Shown: in pieces, positions 39,892 to 48,344 of the stretch | Numbering within the stretch: position 1 is the stretch's first letter | How the letters are laid out: every line of letters begins with the position of its first letter | From: an uncultured Bacteroidales bacterium | Lineage (GTDB): Bacteria > Bacteroidota > Bacteroidia > Bacteroidales > GCA-2748055 | NCBI GenBank assembly: GCA_963809925.1 | Contig: CAWELH010000010.1 | Coordinates: 261,387-325,386, forward strand | Reading direction: 5' to 3' | DNA length: 64,000 nt | Position numbers and translations under genes: made by a program | The notes under the pieces: model-generated | Databases searched by the model: none | Told to the model about the DNA's origin: nothing | What the model saw: the letters and a program-made list of their open reading frames with translations, nothing else

Positions 39892-40893
39892 TTAGTTCCC
39901 TGCTGCCTGGTTTGCTGTAATGGCCACAAGATTCACGATATCACTTACAGAACAGCCTCTGGACAGGTCATTAATGGGAGCAGCCATGCCTTGAAGAACT
40001 GGACCGATCGCTTCGGCTCCTGCCAGTCTTTGCACTAGTTTATACGCAATATTGCCAACTTCAAGACTGGGGAAAATCAGCACATTGGCCTTTCCGGCAA
40101 TCTCACTGCCGGGAGCTTTTGATTTACCTATGGCTTCAATGATGGCCGCATCTGCCTGGAGTTCTCCGTCTATCAGAATGCCGGGGGCCATTTCTTTTGC
40201 GATGCGAGTGGCATTCACCACTTTATCAACCATTGCGTGCTTGGCACTTCCTTTTGTTGAAAAGCTGAGCATAGCTATCTTCGGTTCAAATCCTGCAATG
40301 GCCCTGGTTGTTTCGGCTGTTGCAACAGCAATCTCAGCCAGTTCACGCTCATTGGGATCAGGGTGTACAGCACAATCAGCGAAAACCATCAGTCCGTCGT
40401 GGCCAAATTCCCTGTCTTTCAAGATCATAATAAATGCACCAGATACAACACTGATGCCGGGCTTTGTTTTTACGTACTGAAAGGCAGGCCGCAAAACATC
40501 ACCGGTAGCATTTTTCGCACCGGCTACTTCGCCGTCGGCATCTCCGGCTTTTATCATCAGCGTTCCAAGATATAACGGATCTTCAATGAGAATCTCAGCC
40601 TGTTCCCTGGTTAGCCCCTTGCTTTTTCGCAGATCCAGCATCAGATTAATGTAGGCCTCCTTTTTATCGTGAGTCTTTGGATTAACAATATGTGCTTTTG
40701 AAATGTTTTGGAGGTTCATCCTTTCTGCTTCTTTCTTTATGCTCCCGGGATCACCGAGGAGGATAATGCTGGCGATTCCTTCCCCAATAATAATGTCGGC
40801 AGCTTTCAACGTTCTCTCTTCATCACCTTCAGGCAGTACAATACGTTTATGATGGTTTTTAGCCTTTGCTTTTATCTGTTCAAGTAAATTCAT
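39892..40893 (-). CDS. pta: phosphate acetyltransferase
   Basis: 333 aa short-form Pta (…RIVLPEGDEERTLKAA…). Confidence 0.9.
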   Translation of the reverse strand: MNLLEQIKAKAKNHHKRIVLPEGDEERTLKAADIIIGEGIASIILLGDPGSIKKEAERMNLQNISKAHIVNPKTHDKKEAYINLMLDLRKSKGLTREQAEILIEDPLYLGTLMIKAGDADGEVAGAKNATGDVLRPAFQYVKTKPGISVVSGAFIMILKDREFGHDGLMVFADCAVHPDPNERELAEIAVATAETTRAIAGFEPKIAMLSFSTKGSAKHAMVDKVVNATRIAKEMAPGILIDGELQADAAIIEAIGKSKAPGSEIAGKANVLIFPSLEVGNIAYKLVQRLAGAEAIGPVLQGMAAPINDLSRGCSVSDIVNLVAITANQAAGN

Positions 40894-41077
40894 TGATTTT
40901 CAATTGATTATATTGATACTTGGATAAGTCGTAAAATTAATCAAAAATAATTTAGCCGGAGGGTTGTGAAAGATGATTTATATCAGTTTTACGGCGTGTT
41001 TTACAACAATATTTCTTATTGATCAAAAGGCCTGGCGGATTGTTTAGAATACAGTTATAAAAAAACCGAAATACATC

Positions 41078-41881
41078 ATGAAAGTTCATAAAATATTTGA
41101 ACGGCTCTGGCTCGACTATGTGGCTACAACGCCTTCGGCAGGTCGTATTCAGGAACTTTTTAACCGTGAAGGCGAACAGGTTAAGAACGATCATATTGCA
41201 TTCCGCACTTTTAATGATCCTCGTGTGAGCATTGAGATACTTGCAAAACCTTTCACTTCTGAAGGCTATATTGAAAAAGGCGAATATTATTTCGAACAGA
41301 AACATCTGGAAGCACGACATTATGAAAAGCCGGACGATGCCGAAGCACCAAGAATCTTTATCAGTCAGCTGGTACTCGGTGATTTTTCCGACTTTCTGAG
41401 GTCAACCATTTCCGGTCTTATCGATAAAATCCCTCCAGAAATTCTTGATCCTGAAGCATTGATCTTCACCGGAAGCCTGTTCGGTACGCCCTCATACCAT
41501 ACCTATGAGAAACTCCTCAAAGAATCGGAGTACGCTGCATGGTTGTACGTATTTGGTTACAGGGCAAATCATTTTACAGTGAGTGTAAACGAACTTAAGA
41601 AATTCAGAGACATTGAACAGGTCAACGATTTCCTAAAGAGGAACGGCTTTGAATTGAACAGCTCCGGGGGCGAAATTAAGGGCTCAGCCGGTCAGCTCCT
41701 CAGACAATCGAGTACTCTTGGAGATAAGGTCAGCATAGACTTTAATGAAGGAAAGTATACGGTCCCGTCCTGCTATTATGAGTTTGCCCAGCGCTATATG
41801 AATAAATCGGGCAAGCTTTTCAGCGGCTTCATTGCAGGTTCAGCCGATAAAATATTTGAAAGCACAAACTTCAGGAAGTAA
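41078..41881 (+). CDS. DUF1338 family protein (HglS / 2-oxoadipate dioxygenase-decarboxylase family, short form)
   Basis: 267 aa. The N-terminus …LWLDYVATTPSAGRIQELF…NDHIAFRTFN… is characteristic of DUF1338 metal-dependent enzymes. Confidence 0.75.
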   Translation: MKVHKIFERLWLDYVATTPSAGRIQELFNREGEQVKNDHIAFRTFNDPRVSIEILAKPFTSEGYIEKGEYYFEQKHLEARHYEKPDDAEAPRIFISQLVLGDFSDFLRSTISGLIDKIPPEILDPEALIFTGSLFGTPSYHTYEKLLKESEYAAWLYVFGYRANHFTVSVNELKKFRDIEQVNDFLKRNGFELNSSGGEIKGSAGQLLRQSSTLGDKVSIDFNEGKYTVPSCYYEFAQRYMNKSGKLFSGFIAGSADKIFESTNFRK

Positions 41882-42075
41882 AAGTTCTGAGAACGTAGAC
41901 ACTCTGCCATTTACTTTTCTGTGGTCCGGGTTTAGCCAAAGGGCGACAGGAGGTGACTCCGAATATTTTGTAACCGGAACTTTTTGTAAGCGCATGCATG
42001 ATAACAAGCCAGTCTTCGTTGCTCCATTCTCAGGAACAAGTACTAAGAGAACGATAACTTCATCATACCTTTACC

Positions 42076-42423
42076 TCAATCCTGGCTACTGATAACTTCT
42101 CTTACCATGGTGAGAAGCATCTTGAATTTCTCAGGCGCTTTGACAGCGTGAGGGTGACCTGCCGGAAGAATAATGGATTCACCTGCAGCGGTTATGAATG
42201 AGCGGCCGTCAATGATGATCTCCCCTTTCCCTTCCAGTATCTGTACCAGGGCATCGAAGGGTGCAGAATGTTCACTTAGTTCCTGACCACGGTCGAAGGC
42301 AAAAAGGGTGATATTTCCACCCGGCTTTTTAATGATCTGCTTGCTCACAATACCCTCTGACGAGTAATTAATTTTGCTTGCGAAGGTGAATTTATCCGAA
42401 TGTGTTATTTTTGTATCGTTCAT
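42076..42423 (-). CDS. cupin domain protein
   Basis: 115 aa, a single cupin barrel (…HSAPFDALVQILEGKGEIIIDG…PAGHPHAV…). Confidence 0.8.
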   Translation of the reverse strand: MNDTKITHSDKFTFASKINYSSEGIVSKQIIKKPGGNITLFAFDRGQELSEHSAPFDALVQILEGKGEIIIDGRSFITAAGESIILPAGHPHAVKAPEKFKMLLTMVREVISSQD

Positions 42424-42463
42424 ATTTTTTTGATATTAAGTAACTAATTGTTGTAATTATGTT

Positions 42464-43480
42464 TTAGATTCTTGCCATCGACAGGGTGATGGCATGCAGC
42501 GAAACAGTAATAAACAAATAAAGGGTTCTGGAGGTTTTTGGCGACAGGTTAAGAAATTTATATTTCAACGATCCTGAATGACATGATGAAATGCAATCAC
42601 CGCAGAGCGTACAACTTATTCCTGGCTTTTGCCGAAGAATGTCATTCTTCCCCAGCGCATCGTACCGGCAGTGTGAGGAACACGACATACAGGCAGAACA
42701 GGTATCATCAATGATCATTCGGAAAGGTGAAACATACTTGTAATAATTCACGATTGTACCAATGGGACATATGTTGATGCAATGAACCATTTTCCCTTTC
42801 CTGTGTGAAAATATCAGGATGACACCAAGTGAAGCAACACCAAATACAAGGGCCATGACAAGAGCAAGGTATGAAGATGCTCCGGTCCATTTCAGGATAA
42901 GGGCGGCACAAATCACAAGAAACAAAACGGTATGTTTCAGGCTCCTGTTTACAATTGTTCCTCTCAGCCGCTTTGTGCCGCCTGCAAAATAACTATCGAT
43001 CCCACCAAAGTAACACAAATGGCTGCACCAGGCCGGACCGGATAATACCACTGTACTGAGGAAAAGTATTGTCATCACCGAAATATCACCACGATATACC
43101 GGGCCTGCAAGAATCATAGCGGGAATGGGAAGATGAAGTTTCCCTGTCATAAGAAACAGGGGTGATGCAGTCAGACCCAGTACCATCTGTGAAAAAAAAA
43201 CGATGCTGAAAAGAAACCAGGTCTTCTTTCGCCATATCGCAATTTTAAGCGGGTCCTGCATGTGCCAGGCTACGATGGAGGAATACCCTGCAATGAAGAC
43301 AACCTCTACCCAGCCACCGCCATGAATCAGTCTTTCCAGCAAAAGAAACGGCTTCCCTGACAAGCTATTGATGAGCGCCAGGTTTAGTCCGACAAATACA
43401 AAAACCGACAGTGGAAGGAGCAACTTGTCCTTACTAAATTCACCCTGAAAATTTTTCTGCCGGAAAACCGCTTTATTCAT
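42464..43480 (-). CDS. membrane-bound 4Fe-4S ferredoxin-type protein (NapH/MauN-like)
   Basis: 338 aa with several TM helices plus Cys clusters (CINICPIGT…, CSACMSCSSHC…, CTLCGDCISSC). Confidence 0.75.
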   Translation of the reverse strand: MNKAVFRQKNFQGEFSKDKLLLPLSVFVFVGLNLALINSLSGKPFLLLERLIHGGGWVEVVFIAGYSSIVAWHMQDPLKIAIWRKKTWFLFSIVFFSQMVLGLTASPLFLMTGKLHLPIPAMILAGPVYRGDISVMTILFLSTVVLSGPAWCSHLCYFGGIDSYFAGGTKRLRGTIVNRSLKHTVLFLVICAALILKWTGASSYLALVMALVFGVASLGVILIFSHRKGKMVHCINICPIGTIVNYYKYVSPFRMIIDDTCSACMSCSSHCRYDALGKNDILRQKPGISCTLCGDCISSCHSGSLKYKFLNLSPKTSRTLYLFITVSLHAITLSMARI

Positions 43481-43576
43481 TCTTAAAATTAATCAAGTAC
43501 TTTAATGCGTAAATATATATATTTTTTTGTAAACAGAAAAGATGGGGGCAGCGTAACCAGCGAATTAAAGATCTCA

Positions 43577-43608
43577 ATTCCTGACTTCCTAACTCCCTAA
43601 CTATCCCC
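43577..43608 (+). repeat. 8-bp-period array, CTYCCTAA type (4 units)
   Basis: ATTCCTGA CTTCCTAA CTCCCTAA CTATCCCC, the same unit family as 9731-9818. Confidence 0.8.
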
Positions 43609-43665
43609 AAGTTACCCCCGGTTCCTGAAAGGGGAGGTCCTGCGCACGTTCCTTCCTATAGACAT

Positions 43666-43697
43666 TTCACCTTCTCACTTTCTCACCCACATCACCT
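43666..43697 (+). repeat. 8-bp-period array, TCTCACYY type (4 units)
   Basis: TTTCACCT TCTCACTT TCTCACCC ACATCACC. Confidence 0.7.
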
Positions 43698-43700
43698 CTT

Positions 43701-43748
43701 ATTTGTTGAGTTGTTGATTTGTTGATTTGTTGATTTGTTGAATTGAAG
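43701..43748 (+). repeat. 8-bp-period array ATTTGTTG (6 units)
   Basis: ATTTGTTG AGTTGTTG ATTTGTTG x3 AATTGAAG, the same unit as 49365-49444. Confidence 0.88.
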
Positions 43749-43774
43749 AGTGGCCTATAGAACACGTCGTCATA

Positions 43775-43854
43775 CCTGACTCCTGATCACTCCATCACTT
43801 CATCACTCCATCACTTCATAACTCCATCACTCCATCACTCCATAACCTTCCCCT
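43775..43854 (+). repeat. 8-bp-period array TCCATCAC/TCCATAAC (10 units)
   Basis: CCTGACTC CTGATCAC TCCATCAC TTCATCAC TCCATCAC TTCATAAC TCCATCAC TCCATCAC TCCATAAC CTTCCCCT. It ends 58 nt before the ATG at 43913. Confidence 0.9.
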
Positions 43855-43912
43855 AAATAATTAGCCATTTATTTCTAACTTTACGACCTTAAAAACAGCA
43901 TCAGCGACAATT

Positions 43913-46852
43913 ATGCCTGCAAATCTACTTAACGACCTGAAAATCAAAGGAGAGATTTTCGAAGATGAGTCCCGGAGACTAATATATTCAACCGACGCAT
44001 CTGCCTACAGGGAGATCCCTGTAGGCGTGGTATGGCCAGAAGGAGAGGATGACGTGATCTCCACGGTAAACTTTGCACGAAGGCATTCTCTTAGCTTGAT
44101 TCCAAGGGGAGCAGGCACATCGCTGGCAGGTCAGGTCGTGGGGAATGGTCTGGTAGTCGATATTTCCAGGCATATGAACAGGATACTGGAGATCAACGCG
44201 GAAGAAAGATGGGTGAGAGTGCAGCCTGGCGTAGTTCTCGATGAGTTGAACCTTTATCTTAAGCCATATGATTTGTTTTTCGCCCCTGAAACTTCCACAT
44301 CGAACCGCTGTGTAATCGGCGGTATGATCGGGAATAACAGCAGCGGCCTTCATTCGCTGATATACGGAACGACGCGTGAACACCTTCTTTCAGTGAGGGC
44401 TGTGCTTTCAGACGGGAGCATTGCAGAATTCGGACCGCTCAGCGACACTGAATTTGCGACAAGATGCGTGGGAGAAAAGCTTGAAAATGAGATATACAAA
44501 CAAATTAGGACGCTTTTATCTGATCCTTCACGCCGTGAGAAAATAGACCGTGGATTTCCCGACGCGGCGGTCGTTAGGCGAAATACTGGATATGCCCTCG
44601 ACGTTTTGAAGGATTCGAAAGCTTTTGATGACATGAGCCGGAAAGACTTTAATTTTTGCAGGCTGATTGCCGGCTCCGAAGGTACACTGACATTTGTCAC
44701 GGAAGCCAGACTGCATCTCAACCCTTTACCTCCGGCACACAAGGCCCTGGTGTGCGTGCATTTCGATTCGGTAATGGATGCCATAAAAGGGAATTTGGTC
44801 GCATTAAAGTACAAACCTGGCGCAGTTGAACTTATGGATAAGAAGATACTGGACCTCACGAAGGAAAACATTGAACAACGTAAGAACAGGTTTTTTGTGA
44901 AAGGTGATCCCGGGGCTATCCTGATGATTGAGTTTGCACGTGACACGATGGATGAAATAAAGATGTTAGGTGAAGGTCTCGAAAAAGAACTCAGAGCGAA
45001 GGGTTTGGGCTATCATTTTCCTGTCATTTCAGGTGAAGATATCCGGAAAGTCTGGAATTTGAGAAAGGCCGGCCTCGGTGTCCTTTCCAATATGACAGGC
45101 GATGCCAAACCGGTCTCTGTCATCGAGGATACATCTGTAAATCCTTTAAAACTTGAAAGTTACATCACTGAGTTCAACCATATCCTGGAACGTTACAAGC
45201 TTGACTGCGTATATCACGCTCACATTTCAGTAGGAGAACTTCATCTTCGTCCAATCCTGAATCTGAAAGACCCTGCGGATGTAGAGATGTTCCATACGAT
45301 TGCTGAGGAAACGGCGAAACTGGTAAAAAAATTCCGGGGATCACTTAGCGGTGAACATGGTGACGGCCGGTTACGAGGTGAATTTATTCCGTTGATGGTT
45401 GGTGATGAAATCTATCAATGGTTCAGGGATATTAAAAGGACCTGGGATCCGGAATGTGTTTTTAATGCCGGTAAGATCACAGATACCCCGCCAATGAATA
45501 CCTTCCTGCGGTATGAACCGGGAAAGGCGGAAAGAGAAATCGAGACGGTATTTGACTTTTCATCCTCGGGGGGGATATTACGAGCAGTTGAAAAATGCAA
45601 CGGTACCGGCGATTGCAGGAAGTCGGAGCTCATTGGCGGGACAATGTGTCCGAGCTTTATGGCTACCAGAAATGAGAACACCACTACCCGGGCCCGCGCA
45701 AATATTCTGCGTGAATACCTGACTCATTCCGATAAAACGAATCCGTTTGACCATAAAGAGATCTATGATGTCCTGGATTTGTGCCTCTCCTGTAAAGGCT
45801 GTAAGTCGGAATGTCCATCCAGTGTGGATATGGCAAAACTTAAGGCAGAATTCCTGCAACACTACTATGACAATAATGGTATACCTTTAAGAACAAGATT
45901 AATAGCATATATTACTTCACTCAATAAAATAGGAGCTTTTGTACCTTCAGTCTATAATTTTTTTGTGGGGAACAAATACGTTTCCGGTATAATTAAGAAG
46001 ACCATCGGCTTTGCTGAGAAACGTAGCATCCCTTTGTTATACAGGCAAACGTTCCATTCATGGACAAAGAAAAACCTTGAAAAACTCAATGGCGGACTTC
46101 CAAAGGAAGCAAGGATAGTCAATCTTTTTGCGGATGAATTTACTGAATACAATGATACGGAGATAGGGATAAAGGCCGTTAAACTATTGACAACCCTGGG
46201 CTACCGTGTCGCGATACCTGCCCATGGGGAAAGTGCCCGGACTTTTATTTCCAAAGGTTTGCTCAGGACAGCAAAAAGAAAGGCTACCCGGAATATTAAC
46301 CTGTTAAAGGATTATATCGGTACCGGATCGCCGCTTTTGGGTATTGAACCTTCGGGAATCCTGGGATTCAGGGACGAGTATCCCGATCTCGTAAAGGGTC
46401 CGCTGAAGGATGATGCACTGATGATCGCTGAAAACTCCTTTCTCATCGATGAGTTTCTTGCATCGGAGATGGAAAATGGCAATATACAGAAAGAGGCGTT
46501 TACGAAAGCATCACGCACCATCAAACTCCATGGGCACTGCCAGCAAAAGGCGGTTGCTTCTACATCGCCCACATTGAAGGTACTTTCTTTTCCCGAGAAT
46601 TACTCTGCCGGAGAAATCCCGTCCGGATGTTGCGGTATGGCAGGTTCCTTTGGATTTGAGAAAGAACACTTCGACCTTTCGATGAAGGTTGGAGAACTTG
46701 TTTTATTCCCGGCTGTAAGGAATGCCGGTGATGATGTGATCATTGCTGCTCCGGGGACCAGCTGCCGCCATCAGATCAAGGATGGCACCGGCCGGAAAGC
46801 ACTTCACCCCGTAGAAATTCTATACGATGCCCTGGTAACGAAAATGGAATAA
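43913..46852 (+). CDS. FAD-binding + 4Fe-4S + CCG-domain oxidoreductase (YdiJ-like, candidate D-2-hydroxyacid dehydrogenase)
   Basis: 979 aa: N-terminal FAD_binding_4 region (…RGAGTSLAGQ…), central ferredoxin-type Cys motif (CLSCKGCKSECPS), and C-terminal cysteine-rich CCG-type region (…SGCCGMAGSFG…). Confidence 0.8.
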   Translation: MPANLLNDLKIKGEIFEDESRRLIYSTDASAYREIPVGVVWPEGEDDVISTVNFARRHSLSLIPRGAGTSLAGQVVGNGLVVDISRHMNRILEINAEERWVRVQPGVVLDELNLYLKPYDLFFAPETSTSNRCVIGGMIGNNSSGLHSLIYGTTREHLLSVRAVLSDGSIAEFGPLSDTEFATRCVGEKLENEIYKQIRTLLSDPSRREKIDRGFPDAAVVRRNTGYALDVLKDSKAFDDMSRKDFNFCRLIAGSEGTLTFVTEARLHLNPLPPAHKALVCVHFDSVMDAIKGNLVALKYKPGAVELMDKKILDLTKENIEQRKNRFFVKGDPGAILMIEFARDTMDEIKMLGEGLEKELRAKGLGYHFPVISGEDIRKVWNLRKAGLGVLSNMTGDAKPVSVIEDTSVNPLKLESYITEFNHILERYKLDCVYHAHISVGELHLRPILNLKDPADVEMFHTIAEETAKLVKKFRGSLSGEHGDGRLRGEFIPLMVGDEIYQWFRDIKRTWDPECVFNAGKITDTPPMNTFLRYEPGKAEREIETVFDFSSSGGILRAVEKCNGTGDCRKSELIGGTMCPSFMATRNENTTTRARANILREYLTHSDKTNPFDHKEIYDVLDLCLSCKGCKSECPSSVDMAKLKAEFLQHYYDNNGIPLRTRLIAYITSLNKIGAFVPSVYNFFVGNKYVSGIIKKTIGFAEKRSIPLLYRQTFHSWTKKNLEKLNGGLPKEARIVNLFADEFTEYNDTEIGIKAVKLLTTLGYRVAIPAHGESARTFISKGLLRTAKRKATRNINLLKDYIGTGSPLLGIEPSGILGFRDEYPDLVKGPLKDDALMIAENSFLIDEFLASEMENGNIQKEAFTKASRTIKLHGHCQQKAVASTSPTLKVLSFPENYSAGEIPSGCCGMAGSFGFEKEHFDLSMKVGELVLFPAVRNAGDDVIIAAPGTSCRHQIKDGTGRKALHPVEILYDALVTKME

Positions 46853-46882
46853 GATTAACTCTAAGTCGTAGATATTGAGCCG

Positions 46883-48295
46883 TTAAACTTTCAGCACTTC
46901 CCCTTCGGATTTAGCGATAATTACTGCTCCACAACTGTCGCTCCACACATTTGTGGCTGTCCTGAACATATCAAGGATACGGTCTACAGCCAGAATCAGT
47001 CCGACCCCTTCAAGAGGAATGCCTACAGCTGTCAGGATAACAGTGATCATAACCAGGCCGGCCATCGGTATGCCCGCAGCACCAATAGATGCCAGCAGGG
47101 CGGTGATCACAATGATGAACTGCTGCAAAATGGTCATCTCCATACCGTAAGCCTGTGCAATGAAAATTGCCGCCACGCATTCATACAATGCAGTCCCATC
47201 CATGTTTATTGTTGCGCCGAGCGGTAGGGTAAAGCTGGATATCTCATTTGAAACCCCGCTGTTATTTTCCACTGCAGACATGGTTAACGGCAACGTGGCG
47301 CCGGAAGAAGACGTCGAAAAAGCTGTCAGCAGGGGAGTTGTCATATTTCTGAAATGACGGAACGGTTTCGATTTCCCAATGAATTTTACGAGGAGGGGTA
47401 GTGATATGAAAGAATGGATCGATAAAGCAAGCAGTACGGTTGCCATGTAGAGCCCCATGCTGGACAATAGATTAACAAGATTATCCTGATCAGCCACCAC
47501 CTTTGTTACGATGCCAAAAATACCAAGTGGGGTGAAGAGAATTATGAACATCGTGATTTTCATCATCACTTCAAACACAGCATTAAACAGGTTTGTCAAA
47601 AATTCACGTGACGTCTTGTTCACACGGGTAATGAAGAAGCCGAACAACATACTGAAAAAGATGATGCTTAGCATATCATTTTCAACCATGGCTTTTAGAA
47701 TATTATCCGGAACAATGTCGATGATCAGATCCTTCATTTCACGTTGGTACTCTACCAGGCCTTCGACCTTTTGCAGAAGATTCAGATCGGAGCCCACGCC
47801 AGGCCTGATCAGATTGACAAGTACAAGGCCGGTCAAAATCGCTAGTAAACTCGTGATCAGATAGTAACTCATGGTTTTTAGTCCAAGGCGGCCAATATTT
47901 TGACCTGAACCAAGGTTGGTAATTCCTGAAATCAACGAACTCACGACCAGAGGGATAATCAGCATCTTCAATGCCCGGAGGAAAATATCACCGAGCCAGC
48001 TAACATTGGTAACCACCGGGTTAGTATACGCGGAGTTTGTGATTACTGCCCTGTAGTTCAAAAAATCTTCCGGTCCAAGAATCTCCGAGAGTTTCTGCGA
48101 GAATTCTGATAGCGAATCAAATGTTTTGCCTTTTTCACTTTTTACTGCGGTAAGCACTTCAGCCGGCAGATTACGTTTCGTAAGGTTTTTTACCGTGGCA
48201 TCACTTATCCGGTATCGGCTTGGAAATGATAATCCCGTAATGATCGCCAGCAGGAGAGCGATAAGAATCTGCCAGTGCAGAGCAGGCTTTTTCAT
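46883..48295 (-). CDS. dicarboxylate/amino acid:cation symporter (DAACS/GltP family)
   Basis: 470 aa, polytopic, with DAACS signature regions (…SSSGATLP…, …DRILDMFRTATNVWSD…). Confidence 0.88.
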   Translation of the reverse strand: MKKPALHWQILIALLLAIITGLSFPSRYRISDATVKNLTKRNLPAEVLTAVKSEKGKTFDSLSEFSQKLSEILGPEDFLNYRAVITNSAYTNPVVTNVSWLGDIFLRALKMLIIPLVVSSLISGITNLGSGQNIGRLGLKTMSYYLITSLLAILTGLVLVNLIRPGVGSDLNLLQKVEGLVEYQREMKDLIIDIVPDNILKAMVENDMLSIIFFSMLFGFFITRVNKTSREFLTNLFNAVFEVMMKITMFIILFTPLGIFGIVTKVVADQDNLVNLLSSMGLYMATVLLALSIHSFISLPLLVKFIGKSKPFRHFRNMTTPLLTAFSTSSSGATLPLTMSAVENNSGVSNEISSFTLPLGATINMDGTALYECVAAIFIAQAYGMEMTILQQFIIVITALLASIGAAGIPMAGLVMITVILTAVGIPLEGVGLILAVDRILDMFRTATNVWSDSCGAVIIAKSEGEVLKV

Positions 48296-48344
48296 AAAAA
48301 AAGAATTTTACTTCACGAAGATAACCTATAAGAGAGTGAAATGA

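Noticed and set aside
40952-42092. ORFs 40952..41320 (-) and 41832..42092 (+).
   Set aside because: The first overlaps the promoter and 5' end of the DUF1338 gene in antisense. The second overlaps its 3' end and the cupin gene terminus. Both have non-protein-like composition.
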